Below, one piece after another: positions 27,269 through 39,079 of a stretch of DNA of 64,000 nt. Made by a program: the position numbers and the translations under genes. Origin of the DNA: Octopus sinensis. Lineage: Eukaryota. Numbering within the stretch: position 1 is the first letter of the stretch; each line of letters opens with the position of its first letter. The notes beneath the pieces are model-generated. The model was not told the origin of the DNA. It saw nothing but the letters and a program-made list of their open reading frames with translations, and did no database searches. The DNA lies in NCBI RefSeq assembly GCF_006345805.1, contig NC_043004.1:28024001-28088000 (forward strand), given 5' to 3'.

Positions 27269-27800
27269 GAAAGAAGATTAAGATTAATGTAAAAAATAAA
27301 TAACACTGAAGCAAAATAACACCAAATATATAGTGCGTGTGTTTTTATTGGCTAAACTGGCAATATGACCATTCCGAAATATAACAATATCTGTTTCAAC
27401 ACACGACTTCACATAAAAAATCTTGCACAACAAATATTTAAACGTACTATATATATATAATATATATATATATATATAAACAGAAACACACACACACACT
27501 CTCTCCTCCCTCACACTCACACACACACACATATATATACACTAGTAAATCTATGCCATCAAAAAGGATGTCATTTTAAAAGAAATAAACCGAATCCGGT
27601 ATTCAATAAATGCCCCAACTCAACATACATTCTATATGTGGGATTTGGAGTTGCTATAGTTCTTTATATATTGCCATGATCGCTTCTTATCAAAATTCAT
27701 TAAAAAAGGAATTAAGTATATTTTGTCAATAATCAATGTAGCACGCATTACATACAAACGTAACATAAATATCATGATAACATATCTTATATAGAAAAGT

Positions 27801-27958
27801 TTGTGTGGTAAGCAGCTTGCTTACTAACCGCATGGTTCCGGGTTGAGTCCCATTGCGTGGCACCTTGGGCAAGTGTCTTCTGCTATAGCCTCGGGCCGAC
27901 GAAAGCCTTGTGAGTGGATTTGGTAGATGGAAACTGAAAGAAGCCCATCGTATATATG

Positions 27959-27990
<32 letters not shown>

Positions 27991-28228
27991 ATATTTGTGT
28001 GTGTATATGTTTGTGCGTCTGTGTTTGTCCCCCCAACATCGCTTGACAACCGATGCTGGCGTGTTTACGTCCCCGTAACTTAGCGGTTCGGCAAAAAGAG
28101 GCCGATAGAATAAGTACTAGGCTTACATACAAAGAATAAGTCCTAGGGTCGATTTGCTCGACTAAAGGCGGTGCTCCAGCATGGCCACAGTCAAATAACT
28201 GAAACAAGTAAAAGAGTAAAAGAGTAAA
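27801..28228 (+). mobile_element. CORE-type octopus SINE, near full length
   Basis: tRNA head, CORE-like segment, internal (TA)n, 3' stem-loop cagtcaaataactg and (taaaagag)n tail. Confidence 0.93.
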
Positions 28229-28641
28229 GTGTAATGTTTCTTCACTCTCATTTCAATGTATATATTTACTATGATTAATGTACTTAAGTCTTCATATAAA
28301 ATACAATATAGTTTACAGGTATAAAATATTCATTTCCAGCATTTACATGAGACTGATATGTAAATATTAGCAGTACACACATAACGGAATATTTTTCATT
28401 CATTGCACGCTTGCATTATAAAGTGCATCATGCATGGCTGAATATAATTATGGTCGTCCTTCATTGAATCATTTAGTGATTATAGTTCGAATGACATATC
28501 TTTAATAGTTTTTATGACATATATGGTTTCATGTTTAGTTAAGCATGTCTTTAATTACATTTTTAGCGGACACTCTGCTTACAATCTGCTTTCTGTGATC
28601 AACACTTCTTTCTATGCATAAGATCAAATTATTCTTATTTC

Positions 28642-28642
28642 T

Positions 28643-28699
<57 letters not shown>

Positions 28700-28884
28700 A
28701 CACACAAACAGACACACACAGATACAAACAAGGTTCTTATAGAAGTAGAGATAATAGTGATGCTTCTTTATTCGTCTCTGACGGAAGTTGAACAAGCGAT
28801 ACTCCTTTTTTTTTAGTTCTATTAGTAGATGACTCGATAAAAACATGTAAGAGTAAATATACAAATGAATTTATTAGGGCAGGA

Positions 28885-28978
<94 letters not shown>

Positions 28979-29017
28979 CCTACCTACCTACCTATCTATC
29001 TATCTATCTATCTATCC

Positions 29018-29085
<68 letters not shown>

Positions 29086-29088
29086 CTA
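28642..29088. repeat. (CA)n and (TCTA)n microsatellites
   Basis: Directly visible at about 28642-28720 and 28886-29088. Confidence 0.9.
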
Positions 29089-30566
29089 TTTCTTTCTCTG
29101 TGTGTGGTGTGTGAGTATGTGTATGTATGTATACATATATATATGGTTAAAGGGGAGCTATAAAAGAAAGTGATATATCAAACTGGAGTACGCCACAATT
29201 GGCTGGGTAGGATGATGCATATCATGCAGTTAAGTAGTTCATTATCGCAGCACAAAATACATCAATGAAAGGAAGATAATTGTTGTTTGTTAATCTGTAA
29301 TTCTAATAGTATCCAAAAGTGACCAAAAATGAACGGAGCTTTAAGCGTGACGTTAAAAACATAATAAAAACAGACGAATGTGTTATCTGGTACTGCTACA
29401 ATGAACAGTCATTATGGTGACGTAAACATGGTGCAGTCAGATATTCAGTATGCACTATATCCATAAAATTACGTAATACATTACGGATTCCTCAACTCAT
29501 CAGGCTTGCAAAATATACAAGCGAGCAGCGACATGTTAATTAATCAATAGATCATCAACAAGTGAAATTTCGAATTGGAATTACCTACGTTTAAGGAATG
29601 TAAAGTGGATGAAATTACAGTCTGTCGATCACGAGGGTGGATAAACGGAATTAAATGTCACGTTTATGAATTTGTTTGCAGGATTTCAGATGTGAAATCG
29701 TGTGTTGAAACATTTCGGGGCGGTCATTTTTTTCTTGCCAAATAAACACACGCACTATATATTCGTTCTTCAATCATTTATTATTGTTGTTGTTTTATCT
29801 TATGTTCATTGACTGGAAATCTCTTCAGCGACTCTTCCATCCCACGTGTATCCTCCTGTTCTATTTAGTCCATGGATTATTCAACATGTCACTTAGAGAA
29901 AAGCGTAATGTATTACATAATCATATGGATATAGCGCATACTGCATATCTGACTGTACTATGTTTACGTCACAATAAAGGTTCTTAATGAAATGATTGTA
30001 GCAGTGCCAGATAACCCATTCGTATATTTTTTATTATATATTAATATTTACATAAACATACACATATTTATGTGTGTGAAAGTGTCAGTGTGTGTGTGTT
30101 TGTGTGTGTGTGCGCGCGTGCATGTTGATATATATATATATATATATGTTGCTTCTTTGTTTCATTTTACATGTCATGTCCTCAGATCACTCATTTACAA
30201 TAACCTTTAATTTTTTTGACGTGACTCTTTTAAGTTATCTTCATACGAAAGAATAAAACATTTCTCTGCTATAAATATCATGCTTTGACAGCTGGTGCTG
30301 TTGTTATAGGGTGAATGGGTTTCTTTTGTCTAATATCCACAACAAACGAGCTAACATATGAATGCGTTATAAATATACATTAATCGTAATGTAGATGTGC
30401 TAGAAACATGCAATAATGTGCGTTAATGTTCTTTCATATGTTTGGGGGAACAATTTTGGTTATTCATGCACCGTGTTAGTGTGTTTCCTTGTTTTTCTTT
30501 GTATGACTCAAAACGTGACTGAATTAATTTCTTGCGAAATGATGGAGTAATATTGTTCCATGCGAA

Positions 30567-30967
30567 GGCGGCGAGCTGGCAGAAACGTTAGCACACTGGG
30601 CGAAATGCTCAGCGGTATTTCGTCTGCCGTTACGTTCTGAGTTCAAATTCCGCCGAGGTCGATTTTGCCTTTTATCCTTTCAGGGTCGATACATTAAGTA
30701 CCAGTTACGCACTGGGGTCATTATAATCGACTTAATCCGTCTGTCTGTTCTTGTTTGTCTCCTCTGTGTTTAGCCACTTGTGGGTAGTAAAGAAATAGGT
30801 ATTTCGTCTGTATGTTCTGAGTCCAAACTCCGCTGAGGTCGACTTTGCCTTTCATTCTTTCGAAGTCGATAAATTAAGTACCAGTTGCGTACTGCGGTCG
30901 ATCTAATAGACTGGCTCTCACCCCCAAATTTTCAGGCCTTGTGCCTAGAGTAGAAAACAATATTATT
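30567..30967 (+). mobile_element. Meta-type SINE dimer with two different 3' tails
   Basis: Full monomer ends gtagtaaagaaata, overlapping gtatttcgtctg that restarts a second body; the second ends in the caggccttgtgcctagagtagaaaa tail. Confidence 0.88.
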
Positions 30968-30999
30968 CCATTCGTTTTACAATAATTTCCAGTCTTCAT

Positions 31000-31565
31000 C
31001 TTGATTCTAAAACGAACCTGAAACCACTGTTCTATCTAAACGACATGTTCATGAGTGAAACGTAGACGGGCTCTTTGATTCTTCTTGGAAATGAGAGGTT
31101 TCTTTGCCAGTGCCCGAGCAAGCAACCCAGAATCTTGTAACCTCCGAGAAACTGTTTTGCGCGATACGTTGTCATCGGAAGTGACGCTAAACTCGCGGGA
31201 TATCTCAGCAGCACTCTTAAACTTATTCTTCAGTGACATTCTAACGATCCTGTTTCTGTGAAGTTTAGCATCTGTCGATCCTGATTACTTAAAACGAGCT
31301 ACAATTCGTTGCGCAACACTTCTGGGCCTTCCTACATTAGTTGCTATCATAGAATTTGACTTGCCTTCTTGGCGATGGCATACAATCCTTTGTTTTTCAT
31401 CACAGGACACGGTTTGTCTCTCACAAGCTGCCATGTTGACAGTTCAATGTTCCAATCATGTAAGATCATAAGAAGTAAATGTCAGTCCATTAACAGTCTT
31501 CTAAACAACAAATACCTCGATTAGTAGTTCATTTTTTCTAAGTGATACTTAACTTTTGGCCGCTG
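31000..31565 (-). mobile_element. Tc1-like transposon, 5' fragment
   Basis: Left TIR-like cagcggccaaaagttaagtatc ending at 31565; ATG at 31434 MAACERQTVS; ...VSRKTVSRRLQDSGLLARALAKKPLISKKNQRARLRF; truncated near the first catalytic D. Confidence 0.85.
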
Positions 31566-31624
31566 CAATTTGGAAAATTATTACGAAATATTTATTCCAT
31601 TCACGAAAGATAGATATTAGATAT

Positions 31625-32054
31625 ATTCTTTTATTCTGTTATTCTTTTATTTGTTTCAGTTATTTGACTGCGGTCATACTGGAGCACCGCCTTTAGTAGA
31701 ACAAATCGACCCCAGGACTTATTCTTTCTAAGCCTAGTACTTATTCCATCGTTCTCTTTTCCTGAAGCGCTAATTTACGGTGACAAAATCACACCAACAT
31801 CGGTTGTCAAGCGATGATGGGTGGACAAACTCAGAAACACACGCACACTATATACACACACACACTATATACACACACAAACACACACACATATATATGA
31901 CGAGCTTCTTTCAGTTTCCGTCTACCAAATCCACCCACAAGGCTTTGGTCGACCCGAAGTAGAAGACACTTGCCCAAGGTGCCACGCAGTGGGACTGAAC
32001 CTGGAACCATGTGGTTGGGAAGCAAGCTTCTTACCACATATCCACTCCTGCGCA
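31625..32054 (-). mobile_element. CORE-type SINE, full length
   Basis: Reverse complement of the family consensus seen at 62088. Confidence 0.92.
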
Positions 32055-32142
32055 TATATCTAAACATGTGCAAAATATCTAGTCTCAACGTTTTGTTAAT
32101 CTTCTATAATAACTACTTTAAAATACTTGTTCTTACTGACCT

Positions 32143-32336
32143 GGGCTGGCAAAAACGTTAGCACGCCGGGCGAAATGCGTAACCGAATTTCGTCTGTCGT
32201 TACGTTCCGAGTTCAAATTCCACCGAGGTCGACTTTGCCTTTCATCCTTTCGGGGTCGATAAATTAAGTACCAGTTGCGCAATGTCTGTCCTTATTTGTC
32301 CCCTGTGTTTAGCCCCTTGTGGGTAGTAAAGAAATA
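32143..32336 (+). mobile_element. Meta-type SINE with internal deletion
   Basis: ctggcaaaaacgttagcacgccggg...gcctttcatcctttcggggtcgataaattaagtaccag...gtagtaaagaaata. Confidence 0.88.
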
Positions 32337-32374
32337 TATACTATGCCTACTGTATATATATATATATATATATA

Positions 32375-33096
32375 CATATACTAATATAGGATGAATTTTT
32401 TTTTCTACAGAAAAAAATTCCATCAAAAAATGTGGCAGCATATTAAAATACCTTTACGGTTAAAATTATAAACAACTTATAAGTAAGGGCTAAAGAAAAT
32501 TATTTCAATGCCAATATGCTGATAACAGACTATTAAATCATCAATTTCCACATATTATTTACTTGCAACAGAAAAAACACGAAGAACTGAAATCGGCCCG
32601 AATTTCAGTTCTTCGTGTTTTTTCTGTTGCGAGTAAATATGTGAAAATTGACGATTTAATAGTCTGTTATCAGCATATTGGCATTGAAATAATTTTCTTT
32701 AGCCCTTACTTATAAGTTGCATATATATATATATATTATATATATATATACATATACTAATATAGGATGAATTTTTTTTTCTACAGAAAAAAATTCCATC
32801 AAAAAATGTGGCAGCATATTAAAATACCTTTACGGTTAAAATTATAAACAACTTATAAGTAAGGGCTAAAGAAAATTATTTCAATGCCAATATGCTGATA
32901 ACAGACTATTAAATCATCAATTTCCACATATTATTTACTTGCAACAGAAAAAACACGAAGAACTGAAATCGGCCCGAATTTCAGTTCTTCGTGTTTTTTC
33001 TGTTGCGAGTAAATATGTGAAAATTGACGATTTAATAGTCTGTTATCAGCATATTGGCATTGAAATAATTTTCTTTAGCCCTTACTTATAAGTTGC
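32375..33096. repeat. Exact tandem duplication (346-bp unit, period 376), each unit containing a 247-bp palindrome
   Basis: Units 32375-32720 and 32751-33096 appear identical; palindromes at 32473-32719 and 32849-33095; units separated by (TA)n. Confidence 0.93.
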
Positions 33097-33339
33097 ATAT
33101 ATATATATCAGATCATGTTTTGATTATGTACTTTATAATTCCTACATTACAGTTTGTAGATATGTCGAGTACAATCCAGCACGCGTTCAGGCTCAAAATT
33201 AGAAGGAAAGTAGTTTATATACGCCATGACAATAGTCAGTGAAGTTAATCCGATGGGGAAAAAGCTAAAGTTTCTAAATTTGTAAGCCTAATCCGGAGGG
33301 TGGTGTTATCTAGATGGATATCAGAAACTTGTCGAGTGG

Positions 33340-33845
33340 TATAAGAAAATCTTTAATAGCCGTTCTATGATCGTTTCTTAAACCTGTTGCCCAAACATGA
33401 AAAGCATTATTACACGTAAGTCACACCAATTATCCACACCAAATGCAACTTCAGGAACCGTGATACTGACCTACCAAAACCTGGTTAGCTCAAATGTATA
33501 CGAAACCGAGGTCACTTCTGTTCTGCCATGTAACGAAACTTAAAGAAAAAAATATATATTGGACAATGTGCAGTATATATGTATATACGCTAATCGCCAG
33601 TCTTCTTCCCGACACGTAGGAAAAGTACGATGTTAGGTAGCCACCTCTGGGGCCTGAAGGTTAGAAATACTTCATGCACTATATCCGGAGCCGTTTAGAC
33701 ATAACTACACCATACGTCAATAGGGTAAGAAGGTGTAGGATTTGTGTAGCTGAAAGAACACATATCCTTTTTAAATCTAAGGACTTCATAGACATACTGA
33801 ACGTGAGATCGGACATTTTGATAAGATCTAAACACCCTGACATGT
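33340..33845 (+). pseudogene. Decayed Penelope-like element: linker and GIY-YIG endonuclease (type with C-terminal CxxC)
   Basis: KIFNSRSMIVS*TCCPNMKSII, KCNFRNRD, SNVYETEVTS, IYIGQ (33552-33566), LGSHLWGLK, PYVNRVRRCRICVAERTHIL...LNVRSDILIRSKH. Confidence 0.75.
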
Positions 33846-34867
33846 CACTAATATCGAATTGGAGAACACTACTCTCTCTTCTCTTTCTGGATCAGGCGTA
33901 TAGAAAAGGTTTCAATTTGAACGAACTAGATGCGATGCCTTATATAAACTTCATGCATAATTGAGAAACAATGGAGCACAAACGAGCAGTATTTTAACCG
34001 CAATTCAAGATGTTAAATATATTTACTGGCTATAATTTCATCAAGTCGGAAGGAGGAATGTTATATGCAATATCAGTGATGGAAGAATAGAAGTCTATCA
34101 GTGTATGATTGCACTGGTGCTGCAGAAATTTCTAAAGCTGCGTCCAAACTTATCGAGTGGATGAAGAATTCTACATAAAAGAAAGATTATACCAACAAAT
34201 ATTTCTTATATGGCTTCTCTTATTTGTATTTCTATCTATCTTGGAAATAAATCGTTCTTGTTTGAATATAACAAGCCTCATGTAATTGTGTGAATATGAA
34301 AATGTTGGACAATCTAAGTAAACTGAATTATCAATAATGCATCTACGTTGATTGGATAGCATATATACATAATTTAAGGGCCCATTAGATTTATGAAATG
34401 GCTAATATAGAACATTGGCAAGTTTGACGGTAACATGTAGGAAAGAAAAAAAAACAGAAGTGTTTGTTCTTGTAGTTATAGAAGTATTATTTTTTAAAGA
34501 TTATGTAATTCTTTTTTTTTTTATTCAGTCGGAGTATTATGAGTTGCTTTAGCAGATCATCTGTTACTATTGGTAGAAATCCGTCTGCCCTTCGGTTAAT
34601 TCTTTTGGTTAAATCAGTATAATACGATAAGATCTATAATCCTTGCCGAAACATTGATTTCCAGGTTGACATCCAGTAGAATTTGAGAAGTTTTCCTAAT
34701 GCAGAGTAAATTATTAAAGTTAATTGTAATTTTCCCAGTTAACAAGGTAATATCAATATAAAACTGGACAACGTGGGTAGTAATAGAGTTGTCAAATTAA
34801 ATAGTTTTGCGAAGCTAGGAATAATAGATGCACAGTAATTACAAATATATCAAACTGAATGAAATAA

Positions 34868-35050
34868 TTAGTAAATTATTTGTGAGGTTATGAAGTCAAG
34901 CCTGTTGTTAATTGCTTCAATAGTTTTCCTAATGTAAATTTGTAGATGATTTTTATGAGAAGGTAAAATCTTATTTAGAACGATCTTGCTAAGGTGACCG
35001 ATATCTGCGTAGTTTAACAGGGGAAAATGCAGGGCTTGCATTAAAGTCAA
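34868..35050 (-). pseudogene. Penelope-like RT N-terminal fragment
   Basis: IGHLSKIVLNKILPSHKNHL resembles the IG.VSK.ILD.IN..IR motif also seen at about 39350. Confidence 0.4.
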
Positions 35051-35514
35051 TTTTTATGGGCTTTGAGATTAAAGTAGTTTAGGAAGCAGAGTTTCAGGGC
35101 GTACATTTATTTATTGTTTACTTGTAGGTTTAAGTCTCAGTTTGAATTTTAGTCTTGTCGGGGTAACATGTAACTACAAATTATTTACATACACCTTTCT
35201 TACGTTGATTCATTGCAACTGGGCCTCGACAAACCACAAACAATATAGATATTCCTACAAATATATTGCCACCCCTAACATTCACTGATATTTTCAAATT
35301 TTGATACAAAGAACTAAGGATTTAAGCAAACGAAATAGATGGCGAGCCTGTCTCACTGATAATCAACGTAAGAAAGATCAAATATACTCGGGTTTCAAGA
35401 TTTACACAAAGCTACCTCGGTAAAGCTACCTGAAAATTTTCTCTCAAGCAGTTATATACATACAAGCATATATACATACATACACACACTCACACACCAC
35501 ACACACAGAAAGAA

Positions 35515-35566
<52 letters not shown>

Positions 35567-35583
35567 GTAGGTAGGTAGGTAGG

Positions 35584-35648
<65 letters not shown>
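35515..35648. repeat. (GATA)n/(GGTA)n microsatellite
   Basis: Directly visible. Confidence 0.95.
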
Positions 35649-37293
35649 CATTTATTTTTATTGCTTAAACATTCAGTGTTTACAAAAAATATATGATTAT
35701 TTCATAAGAATCTGCGTACATGGATATAAAAATATCGGTAAATCAATGCTAATTAGGTATACTCTGACAAAACAGTTACTTTCTACCACCTTGGCTACGG
35801 TTCTTTGTTCAATGGCTTAACAAAGAATCACAAACTTAACTCTCATACATTTATCCTGATAAACAACCACATAATACGTCGGCAATGACTGAGACTATCA
35901 CACAACACTAATACAATAGCACATACTACATTTTACATGAATATAAATGATGAAAACGTAGATACATATTGACGTACTATGGCATGACACATCAGCAATG
36001 ATCGAAGCCATGACACTATCATATACAGTATATAGCACACACATTTATATATATAAGAGGCAATCGAGATAAATACACATGTACCATGACAGAACATTCA
36101 CCAGCTATGGTGCAGGCCATCAAACTACTCTTCTATGATATCACGTCAACACATGCCATTAACTTGCAGCAACATGTTGCATGATGCTTTTGTATTCATT
36201 TATTCTCTTCTTCAATATGTCTGCATAGTCTAATACGGTAGACACCAAGCAACGGTGCTATTGGTTTTCATCTTATTGATTAGTCAGTTGTTAGGTATTG
36301 ATTGTGATTTAATTAATTTAGTTAATTAAGCGGGCAACCGTAATTCTGATAATAGTGTACTTCATGATCGAGCGCTTACCATTTATCTTTATTGGGAGGA
36401 GGAAAGGAGGAGCACAATTAAAACAATGTCAAAACATTCTTTATTATTACATCGTCTCTGCTCTTCCAGTTTCTTACTCTGCGTACCACCCAATTACTCC
36501 ACTCCCTTCCTCCTCCTCCTCCTCCTCACCATCATCATCATTATAATCATCACATTTCATCATCATCAAATATTCCTTCAAATCTATCACTGTTATACCA
36601 TATAAATATATAAATCTCTAGATAGCCTAATTAGTATTGCCTATGACAGTCTATACCTTGTGTTATTTCTGTACGTCTATTATATTCTGGGTTCATATCT
36701 TGCCCTGTGTTCTTTGGTTGTTAGCTGTTCGCTTTCAGTAAAATAAATAGTAATGAATTAAAATGTACCGGATCAGTATAATTGACTATAAATTACAAAT
36801 TGATGTCATCATCACTGACACTAGCGAAAGGGAGGATTTAATAAATATAGATTCACTGCGTAGAATACAATATTTTTGTAAGTACGTCCAAAATCTCTCA
36901 ATTTTTTACAAATATTACAACATATTTGATGAACTATAAACGTGACAATAGTTATATTTAAATTATACACACACAGTTTATACACGCGCGCACATACACA
37001 CAGAGACTTACTCACACACGTAATATATATACACATATATTTAAAGTACTTGTACTTCAAACGCGCCGAAACTACAATGATTCTGGTCTCCATAGCTGAA
37101 GAGAAGGCTTTCATGCTCACTTGTACTTTTTCGCTAATTATTTCTATGTTCGATTTTGATTTTCACAAACTAATACAAATACACACACACACACTCATAC
37201 ACACACTTTAAATATGTATACATATATACACATACATATATACATACATATATATGGATACATACATATTATATATATATACGTACACACACA

Positions 37294-37353
<60 letters not shown>

Positions 37354-37379
37354 TAACATATATATATATATATATATAT

Positions 37380-37775
37380 TCGTTCCTTTGCTCCCGCCCA
37401 CGTTGCCGCACTTGCCCTTACCTCTCCAACACCACGCTCCTCATTGGTACCCATCATCGACCCTATCGCATCATCAACTCCTTCACCTGCACCTCCAGCA
37501 ATATCATCTATTGCATCTCCTGCTCTCTCTGCCATTCACTGTACATCGGACAAACGGGACGCCGCTTGGCTGACCGGTTCGCGGAACACCTCCGTGACAT
37601 CCGCCTTGCCAATGACACACCGGTCACACGCCATTTCCGCTCCACCGGTCACTCCTTGCAACACCTGTCTGTGTTCGGATTGTCCTTGCACAGAGGCCAT
37701 CCGGATTCCCGTTTGCGCCGTGAACAGCGATTAATCTTCTCTCTCCGCTCTTTTACGCATTTGGTCTCAACTCTC
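37380..37775 (+). pseudogene. GIY-YIG endonuclease domain of the Penelope-like element
   Basis: Part of ORF 37254-38396. The conserved terminal GLN (ggtctcaac, 37763-37771) is shifted out of frame by a 1-nt deletion; the rest of the 380-aa ORF is read-through. Confidence 0.88.
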
Positions 37776-38636
37776 CCCCCTTCTCATCTAACCTCCCCCC
37801 TATCATCTAATCTCCCCACCGACTCCTACTTCTCTTCAGTCCTTCATCTTTTCATCCATACTCTCTTTCCCTCCTCTTCTTTCCTCGTTCTTCTTCCCTC
37901 TTCCCCATCTCTCTTTCTCTCTGCTCCCTCCCTCCCCTCCCCTCTCCCTCCTCTTCTCCCCTCCTTTCACATCCCCTTCCTCTTATCCTCTCCTTCCTTC
38001 TCCCCCTCTCCCTCCTTCCCTCTCCTCTCCTTCCTTCTCCCCCCTCCCCTCCCCTCCCCCCTAATCTCTCTTCCCTCCTCCACTCCTCTCTCTTCTCTCC
38101 CCCTTTCACTCTCCTCACAACCCCCACTCTACCCCAACCCCCAGCCGAACCCACACCCCACATGGGCTTTCCCCACCTCCCCACCTCCCCACATCACACC
38201 ACACAACACTACACTACACCATACGACACTACACAACACCATACGACATTACACATCACATCATACATACATACACACGTCCAGAACTTTCATACGCACA
38301 TACATACTCTCTCATACACACACACACCCTTATGTTGGGGTGAGGTCATTTGACCCTCTTATCTCCCCTACTATCCCTCTTGCGTCTAACGTCTGATCTC
38401 TGACTTCTGGCCGAAATCAGACCGCCATATTGAATCGTTAGCTCCTGTACGCATTTTTTTTCTCTCCTTGTTTCTCTCCATGTTTCTTTTCTGTGTATCT
38501 TTCTGTTGAAGAGCGTAGGCTCGAAACGTAAAAGACTTGTTTTATTTCTATTCCTGAGCGCCATACTAATACAATTGTTTGTTTGTATTCCACCTGCCTT
38601 CGTCTTTTGTTTATTTTCGTAAAGCTTCCCGTTATA
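37381..38636 (+). mobile_element. 5'-truncated Penelope-like element (Neptune-like) inserted in (TA)n
   Basis: Cys-rich linker [41 protein letters not shown], pyrimidine-rich 3' UTR, terminal repeat with a hammerhead-like motif; (TA)n on both sides. Confidence 0.9.
38498..38535 (+). ncRNA. Minimal hammerhead-like motif in the PLE terminal repeat, core CUGUUGA
   Basis: TCTTT CTGTTGA a GAGC gtag GCTC GAAA cg T A AAAGA. Stem III is palindromic ACGT; GUA site; A6 replaced by U. Confidence 0.65.
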
Positions 38637-38644
38637 TATATATT

Positions 38645-38765
38645 GGCCTGCTCGCTTAGCCAGCGGGGTGGCGTCATTTGAAGGCTAAAACAATGCGAAG
38701 CGCATTGTGACTAGCGATGTGTAGCAACATCTGATAGCCTGGTCGATCACGGTGGTCACGGTGAT
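38645..38765 (+). mobile_element. Isolated retroposon 3' tail
   Basis: Homologous to 1630-1740; flanked by (TA)n. Confidence 0.6.
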
Positions 38766-38784
38766 ATATATATATATATATATA

Positions 38785-39009
38785 TTTCTTTACTACCCAC
38801 AAGGGGCTAAACACAGAGGGGACAGACAGGGACAGACAAAGGGATTAAGTCGATTACATCGACCCAGTGCGAAACTGGTACTTTATTTATCGACCCCGAG
38901 AGGATGAAAGGTAAAGTCGACCTCGGCGGAATTTGAACTCAGAACGTAGCGACAGACGAAATATCGCTAAGCATTTCGCCCGGCGCGCTTACGTTTCTGC
39001 CAGCTCGTC
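38785..39009 (-). mobile_element. Meta-type SINE, full length
   Basis: Very similar to 14199-14428. Confidence 0.92.
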
Positions 39010-39079
39010 TAACCTACCTCTTCCAAATCATTTTAAATAATTACATGCCACAAATTAAATGATCCCCTAATCTTTTGTC

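Larger units (their letters stand above)
26972..27394. repeat. Near-perfect palindrome (arms 26972-27152 and 27199-27394, 46-bp spacer)
   Basis: Arms differ by one substitution and a 16-bp vs 1-bp segment. Confidence 0.95.

Noticed and set aside
37254-38396. 380-aa ORF as a host gene
   Set aside because: The N-terminus is translated (TA)n and the C-terminus is pyrimidine-rich UTR read through after a frameshift; only the middle is a PLE endonuclease.
38392-38425. Second hammerhead-like string in the PLE 3' region (ctgacttctggccgaaatc)
   Set aside because: Core lacks G8/A9 and stem II cannot form.
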